Source of the DNA: a virus
Reading direction: 5' to 3' (one strand)
IMG/VR virus record: IMGVR_UViG_3300045988_025848
Span: 1 to 36,178 of that record
DNA length: 36,178 nt
The position numbers and the translations under genes were made by a program. Positions 31,919-36,178 of this stretch are shown one piece after another; the stretch's first letter is position 1, and each line of letters opens with the position of its first letter. A model generated the notes under the pieces. That model worked only from the letters and a program-made list of their open reading frames with translations. It was not told the DNA's origin and did no database searches.

Positions 31919-33916
31919 TTAATCTTTCTTATAATAATTACTAGTGAATCCTTCTGCCTTTAGCGGAATACCGAAAGCGTCCGCCCATTTTGGCGTAACT
32001 GCCATAGCTTCGCAAATCTCCTTAAGCGATACAGTTGGCTCGCCAAAATCATCTAAAGGTACCTCGTTTACCGTTTCGTCGTGAATATGTCCCACGATTT
32101 TAACAGCCGGGTAACGTTTTACAATCTCTTGCATGCCATACGCCAATAGGTCTCGGCTGACTGCCTGCGTGATATTTTCGGTTAGCTTTCCGCCGTAGGT
32201 GTCTAGGTCCACCCAGATTCCATTGGTCTGTCCCTTGTATGTTATAACCTCCCTGTCTTGTCCGTTCACGCTTTTCGTAGCTATCCGGCAAAACGGGTAA
32301 AACAAACGACGGCCCGAAGGTAATAAAATTGCTAGAGAATTGTTTTCTTTAAACCATTGAAATGTACAAACGTGTACGCCATACCGGATAACCTCCACGT
32401 CTTTCTTGTTACGAATACAGAGTTTAGCCCGGCTGTCTAGGGCTTCCCAAAATTCAACTACTCGCGGTGAAGCCGCGCGCCATCTCAATATGATGTCCTT
32501 GTATAATGCCGGGTCTATGGCCTTCTCATAGTCCATCGCAACCATAGCATTCACCCAACCGGCATACCCTAATGCGAGCTCGGTTACTTTCCCTTGTTGG
32601 CGGTAATGAGTGCCTTTTCCGCATTGATCTTCGGGCAAACTGAACGTCATACTTGCGGACACTACATATATATCTTTCCCGTTGCGGAAAGCGTCTATAC
32701 GCCAATCTTCACGACACAGGCACGCCAGTACGCGGGCTTCAATAGCCGAATAATCGGCAACGTGGAACGTAGTGCCCGCGGGGGCCACAAACGTTGTTCT
32801 GATAAGCTGCGATAACGTGTCAGGCACATTTCCCCAAAACGTTTCGAAGTCTGCCAAACACATGTGCTTAACATTATCGCGTGCGCCGTCCAGGTCGTGT
32901 ATATAGTTACGTGGTAGGTTCTGCATTTGGACTAGTCTACCGGCCCATCGTCCAGTACGACCTGCGCCATAAAAACGGTACAAACCGTGTACGCGTCCGT
33001 CGAAGCACACACAATTGCGTATCGCTGTATATTTGGCATTACTAGTCTTGTTTATGATCTTCCGGGCGTTCAGTACCTCGTCTACCCGCTCGTTATCACA
33101 TTCCTGCATAATCTGCTCTATGTCCTCTTTCCGGAATGAATCAAAAGTCTTTCTGGTTTGGATCATTACAAAGTCCTTAAGTTGCATTGTGGACTTTAAA
33201 GAAGATATGCCATACTTAGTTTTAATATGGTTCTTAAGAGTTTCGCAAAATTCCTCGTTGAGAACGTCCGCGCGTTCTGCCAGCTCCATATCCACGGCTA
33301 TGCCGTTGTCGTTTATGTCCTGGTCCAGCCTGTACAGGTCTATTTCCGACTGCGGGAACTTGCAATAGTCTAGGCGTGCCAGGGCTTCACGTTCTGATAA
33401 GACATCATAACGAAGGTAGTCTATAAATTCCTCCCACTTTTCCGGATAATTTTTTGACAAGTTCCGGTACTCTACCGGGTTCGCTTTGGTCGGCTTCTGG
33501 TATTGGCAAAAGAATTTTATAAGGGCTAGCCCTGTGCCCTTTTTACCCTCTTTCAAGTCCAGTGCTTTAGAAAGGTTTCCCAGGCTCTCCGGAAATCCGG
33601 CATATAACGCCATAGTTGCGGTACACAGGAAACGTTCCGCGGGAATGTTGATACCGTATGCCATTAAACACAATCGTTCAAATTGTGCGTTGTGTGCCAC
33701 GATCGTGTATTGCGTATCGAGAAGCAGGCTGATGAAGTCCGTAAATTGATCGTAAGCGTCTACGCCTGTCATATCAATAATATTAACGTCTCCATCTTCG
33801 ATCGCGTAACCGATAAGAAGTATTTCAAAGTCGGGGGATTGCGTGTATCTATACGCGCCGCCGCTCTTAATATCCTCACCGGAAAATGTTTCAAAATCTA
33901 TATAAATTGGTTTCAT
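31919..33916 (-). CDS. Family A DNA polymerase with a 3'-5' exonuclease domain (665 aa)
   Basis: Exo I motif YIDFETFS. Motif A DYSAIEARVLA, motif B RQQGKVTELALGYAGW and motif C HIHDE. Confidence 0.9.
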   Translation of the reverse strand: MKPIYIDFETFSGEDIKSGGAYRYTQSPDFEILLIGYAIEDGDVNIIDMTGVDAYDQFTDFISLLLDTQYTIVAHNAQFERLCLMAYGINIPAERFLCTATMALYAGFPESLGNLSKALDLKEGKKGTGLALIKFFCQYQKPTKANPVEYRNLSKNYPEKWEEFIDYLRYDVLSEREALARLDYCKFPQSEIDLYRLDQDINDNGIAVDMELAERADVLNEEFCETLKNHIKTKYGISSLKSTMQLKDFVMIQTRKTFDSFRKEDIEQIMQECDNERVDEVLNARKIINKTSNAKYTAIRNCVCFDGRVHGLYRFYGAGRTGRWAGRLVQMQNLPRNYIHDLDGARDNVKHMCLADFETFWGNVPDTLSQLIRTTFVAPAGTTFHVADYSAIEARVLACLCREDWRIDAFRNGKDIYVVSASMTFSLPEDQCGKGTHYRQQGKVTELALGYAGWVNAMVAMDYEKAIDPALYKDIILRWRAASPRVVEFWEALDSRAKLCIRNKKDVEVIRYGVHVCTFQWFKENNSLAILLPSGRRLFYPFCRIATKSVNGQDREVITYKGQTNGIWVDLDTYGGKLTENITQAVSRDLLAYGMQEIVKRYPAVKIVGHIHDETVNEVPLDDFGEPTVSLKEICEAMAVTPKWADAFGIPLKAEGFTSNYYKKD

Positions 33917-33939
33917 GTCTTTTTAGGGGTTTTAAAGTT

Positions 33940-33973
33940 AAAAGCCGCGCCGCTTCTACTCGGCACGGCTTTT
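33940..33973 (-). terminator. Hairpin / leaky terminator between the DUF2815 and polymerase genes
   Basis: AAAAGCCG.GCCG-loop8-CGGC.CGGCTTTT. The T run continues on the minus strand (TTTTAACTTT). Confidence 0.5.
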
Positions 33974-34043
33974 GAGAATCATTTTACACTTGTTTTAACG
34001 AGATTGATTAATAATTAATTTAATTGTTTATACTTGAAATAAT

Positions 34044-34625
34044 TTAATATGGTAATTTATCGTTCATTCCGAACGGGTCGTCGTTTTCATCGCTCAAATC
34101 GTCGAAGTCGTTAACGCTTGATCCGCCGTCCAGTCTATCATCATCGGTTACTTTCTGTATTCCGTTCAATCCGGCTGTGATACCGCGGATGTCGCTACTC
34201 ATGTTATAGCCGTACAATGAGATGGAAGCTACCCCCCAAGAGCCGGAATACATATCTTCCTTCACTGTGATCGGGCGTTTACCCTTGTCGATTACAATCG
34301 GTTGCCCGTGTTCCTCTTTGCGCTTCGCTGTGATGTAGTAACACCCTTCATACCCGGCTTGTCCTTCTTTCTCCGGCGCATCACCATCCCGTAACGGGCT
34401 TTTAAAATTTGCGGGTACTTGTCCCTTGAATTTAGGATCTTTTGCAAAATAATCCTGTGCTTCCGCCTTAACCGCATCATTGATTTGCTTAATCAAAGCT
34501 GTATCGGTTTTGGGGATCAACAAAGTTACACTGTAATGAAATTCACCTACGCCTTGATACTGTTCTGCCTCGAAAACTCTTACATAAGAGAAACGTACGT
34601 TTTTTAAGATTAATTTTCTACTCAT
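34044..34625 (-). CDS. DUF2815-family ssDNA-binding-like protein (193 aa)
   Basis: The N-terminal LKNVRFSYVRVFEAE, LRDGD, YSGSWG and the acidic C-terminal tip DENDDPF are typical of DUF2815 and SSB tails. Confidence 0.8.
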   Translation of the reverse strand: MSRKLILKNVRFSYVRVFEAEQYQGVGEFHYSVTLLIPKTDTALIKQINDAVKAEAQDYFAKDPKFKGQVPANFKSPLRDGDAPEKEGQAGYEGCYYITAKRKEEHGQPIVIDKGKRPITVKEDMYSGSWGVASISLYGYNMSSDIRGITAGLNGIQKVTDDDRLDGGSSVNDFDDLSDENDDPFGMNDKLPY

Positions 34626-34665
34626 AATTTTTAAGATTTTAATTTGTTATTTTTCTAACACGGTT

Positions 34666-34695
34666 CAAAGATATTGCTTTATTTTAAACTTCAAA
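34666..34695 (-). promoter_or_regulatory. Promoter candidate (-33 TTTG, 18-nt spacer, -7 TATCTTTG)
   Basis: Boxes at 34692-34695 and 34666-34673. The leader partly resembles the duplicated early leader. Confidence 0.5.
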
Positions 34696-34731
34696 CCGTT
34701 TATACATTCTTTAATTGTTTTTTAACTTCTG

Positions 34732-35895
34732 TTAGCCTTCGATGTCAAAGTCGCATAGCGGGCTATACTCCACACCCTTAGCGGATTCCGGTACTAGTTT
34801 CGGCGCGCCGGGTCGTGATTCGATCTCGTCTCCAAATCTCGCGCTAAACACTTTTTTACCCAACAGTTTTTCAAGATCGCCAATACCTTTTAGCTTGATG
34901 TTTAGTACCTCGTCCTCTAGGAACTCGTTTAGGAGTGCTTGGCGTATCTTTGCCTCGTCCTTGATAACTCGGCTTGACCGTCCGGCTACTAGCTTGTATC
35001 CCTCCCATTTATGCCCCTGTATCGCTCTATCGTAGACGTACTTATTTACTGATTCGATCCAGCTCTTATACGTGTCGATCTTACCGATTAGGTCTACTAT
35101 TTCATCGTCAGACAATAAAAGAGGCTCGGGCTTTTCGTTGAAGTCTGCAAGTATGGCGTCACGCTGCGCCCTACATTGGGCTTTAACCGGACAGAATCCG
35201 CACCAACTTCCGATAACCTGCTTTCCTTTGCCCTGTATTGCCATCTTTGCGGCTGGTTTCAGGACTTTTTCTGCCCAGTCAAGTAATTCACCCTTTGACA
35301 TCTCAAACGTGTCGTAGTGGTCTAATCTGACTTGTGCGATCGTCATTCGAATATTGGTTATGTTCTGCGACGCTGCCGCCTTCAAAGCTCCCAAAGCGTA
35401 TAACATCATTTGTTCGTTATGATCTGCAAACACCTTAACGCCGGCACCGTACTTCAAGTCTATAATGTGGATCGTGTGATATGATTCAAGTGTTACGTCT
35501 ACCGATCCGAACGAGTCCGGTGCATAATCGGTAATGTCTACTTTACGCTCTAGGTACATTTTGCTTAAGCCGTCCGCCCTATGCATTTCGTACGCTTCAC
35601 CAATAACGTATTCGCAATAGTCGCGAATGTAATTCGCCATGTCGATACTAAACAAAGGGTTCTTAAAGTGTTCCTCTTGGACTGGCAAACTTTCAACCAT
35701 GATCGGATCATAAGTGCCCTTAAGATACCGTGTCAAAGCGTATTCGGCTATTTCGTGGGCCAATGTGCCCTCTTCTGCGTAAACGCTTGACTTGCTTCCG
35801 GCGGCTTCTGCTAGTAGCGCCGATGGAGTACAATGAATCCATCGTTTTGCGCTACTTGGCGATAAAATCGCGTGATCTCTCTCTGCGTGTCCCAT
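34732..35895 (-). CDS. DUF2800-family PD-(D/E)XK (Cas4-like) nuclease (387 aa)
   Basis: LSPSSAKRWIHCTPS, EGTLAHEIAE, IIDLKYGAGVKV, NEQMMLYALG and the Cys cluster WCGFCPVKAQC. Confidence 0.85.
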   Translation of the reverse strand: MGHAERDHAILSPSSAKRWIHCTPSALLAEAAGSKSSVYAEEGTLAHEIAEYALTRYLKGTYDPIMVESLPVQEEHFKNPLFSIDMANYIRDYCEYVIGEAYEMHRADGLSKMYLERKVDITDYAPDSFGSVDVTLESYHTIHIIDLKYGAGVKVFADHNEQMMLYALGALKAAASQNITNIRMTIAQVRLDHYDTFEMSKGELLDWAEKVLKPAAKMAIQGKGKQVIGSWCGFCPVKAQCRAQRDAILADFNEKPEPLLLSDDEIVDLIGKIDTYKSWIESVNKYVYDRAIQGHKWEGYKLVAGRSSRVIKDEAKIRQALLNEFLEDEVLNIKLKGIGDLEKLLGKKVFSARFGDEIESRPGAPKLVPESAKGVEYSPLCDFDIEG

Positions 35896-36178
35896 TATAG
35901 GCGGCTTGAAATGTATGCAACAAAATCGTTAAACATCTCTTCCTTCAACGTCGGGAAACTGGACGCGCCTACGCTTTCAAAAGCTTCTTGTACGATCGGG
36001 CGTTTCTTCGCGTTTAGCGCCTTCATAGCCCAGGACTTGCAATCGTCGATAGTGTACGTTGCTTCTGCTTCTGCTTCTGCTTCTGCTTCTGCTTCTGCTT
36101 CTGCTTCTGCTTCTGCTGGTGCTGGCTCTTCTGCTGGTGCAGGCTCTTCTGCTGGTGCAGGCTCTTCTGCTGGTGCAG
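35895..36178 (-). CDS. C-terminal part of the junction-spanning acidic-repeat protein (see 1..361)
   Basis: Hand translation: (PAPAEE)3-PAPA-(EA)n-TYTIDDCKSWAMKALNAKKRPIVQEAFESVGASSFPTLKEEMFNDFVAYISSRL. TAATG overlap with the DUF2800 gene. Confidence 0.7.
   Translation of the reverse strand, partial: APAEEPAPAEEPAPAEEPAPAEAEAEAEAEAEAEAEAEATYTIDDCKSWAMKALNAKKRPIVQEAFESVGASSFPTLKEEMFNDFVAYISSRL
36061..36114. repeat. Hexanucleotide tandem repeat (GCTTCT)9, encoding (AE)n on the minus strand
   Basis: Nine perfect units counted. Confidence 0.95.
36125..36178. repeat. 3 x 18-mer GCTCTTCTGCTGGTGCAG, identical to 1..54
   Basis: Read directly. Confidence 0.9.

Overview
The window looks like one complete, circularly closed tailed dsDNA phage genome of about 36.1 kb. 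Nt 1-54 are identical to nt 36125-36178, and a minus-strand ORF reads in frame across that junction. Every convincing CDS (about 50) is on the minus strand. The genes form two co-directional blocks separated by two ORF-free regions, 855-1421 and 21061-21661.

Early/replication block (read 854->1, wrap, 36178->21662): small HTH protein, acidic-repeat protein, DUF2800 PD-(D/E)XK nuclease, DUF2815 SSB-like protein, family A DNA polymerase, VirE-type primase-helicase, VRR-NUC, SNF2 helicase. It also holds many orphan, membrane, secreted and Cys-rich mini-proteins.

Late block (21060->1422): TerS, TerL, a beta-helix fibre-like protein, connector-like proteins, a BACON-repeat tail protein, tape measure, protease/scaffold, major capsid, three tandem paralogues, portal, holin, M15 endolysin, spanin-like protein.

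BACON repeats and TTTG/TAnnTTTG promoter-like boxes suggest a Bacteroidota host. I found no integrase, tRNA, rRNA, CRISPR array or stop-codon recoding.

I found no clearly novel multi-gene protein system. The observations most worth a second look are:
- two paralogous non-coding modules of about 270 bp, each with an AT-rich core of about 185 bp, at both operon boundaries
- a duplicated promoter / leader / micro-ORF / GC-hairpin cassette, one copy carrying a (TTTA)10 microsatellite
- a gene split at a G5 run
- three tandem structural paralogues
- a domain shared by two tail proteins that appears nested inside a BACON repeat
- tandem coding repeats at the assembly junction whose copy number is unresolved

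All family calls come from motifs read by eye, not from database searches.
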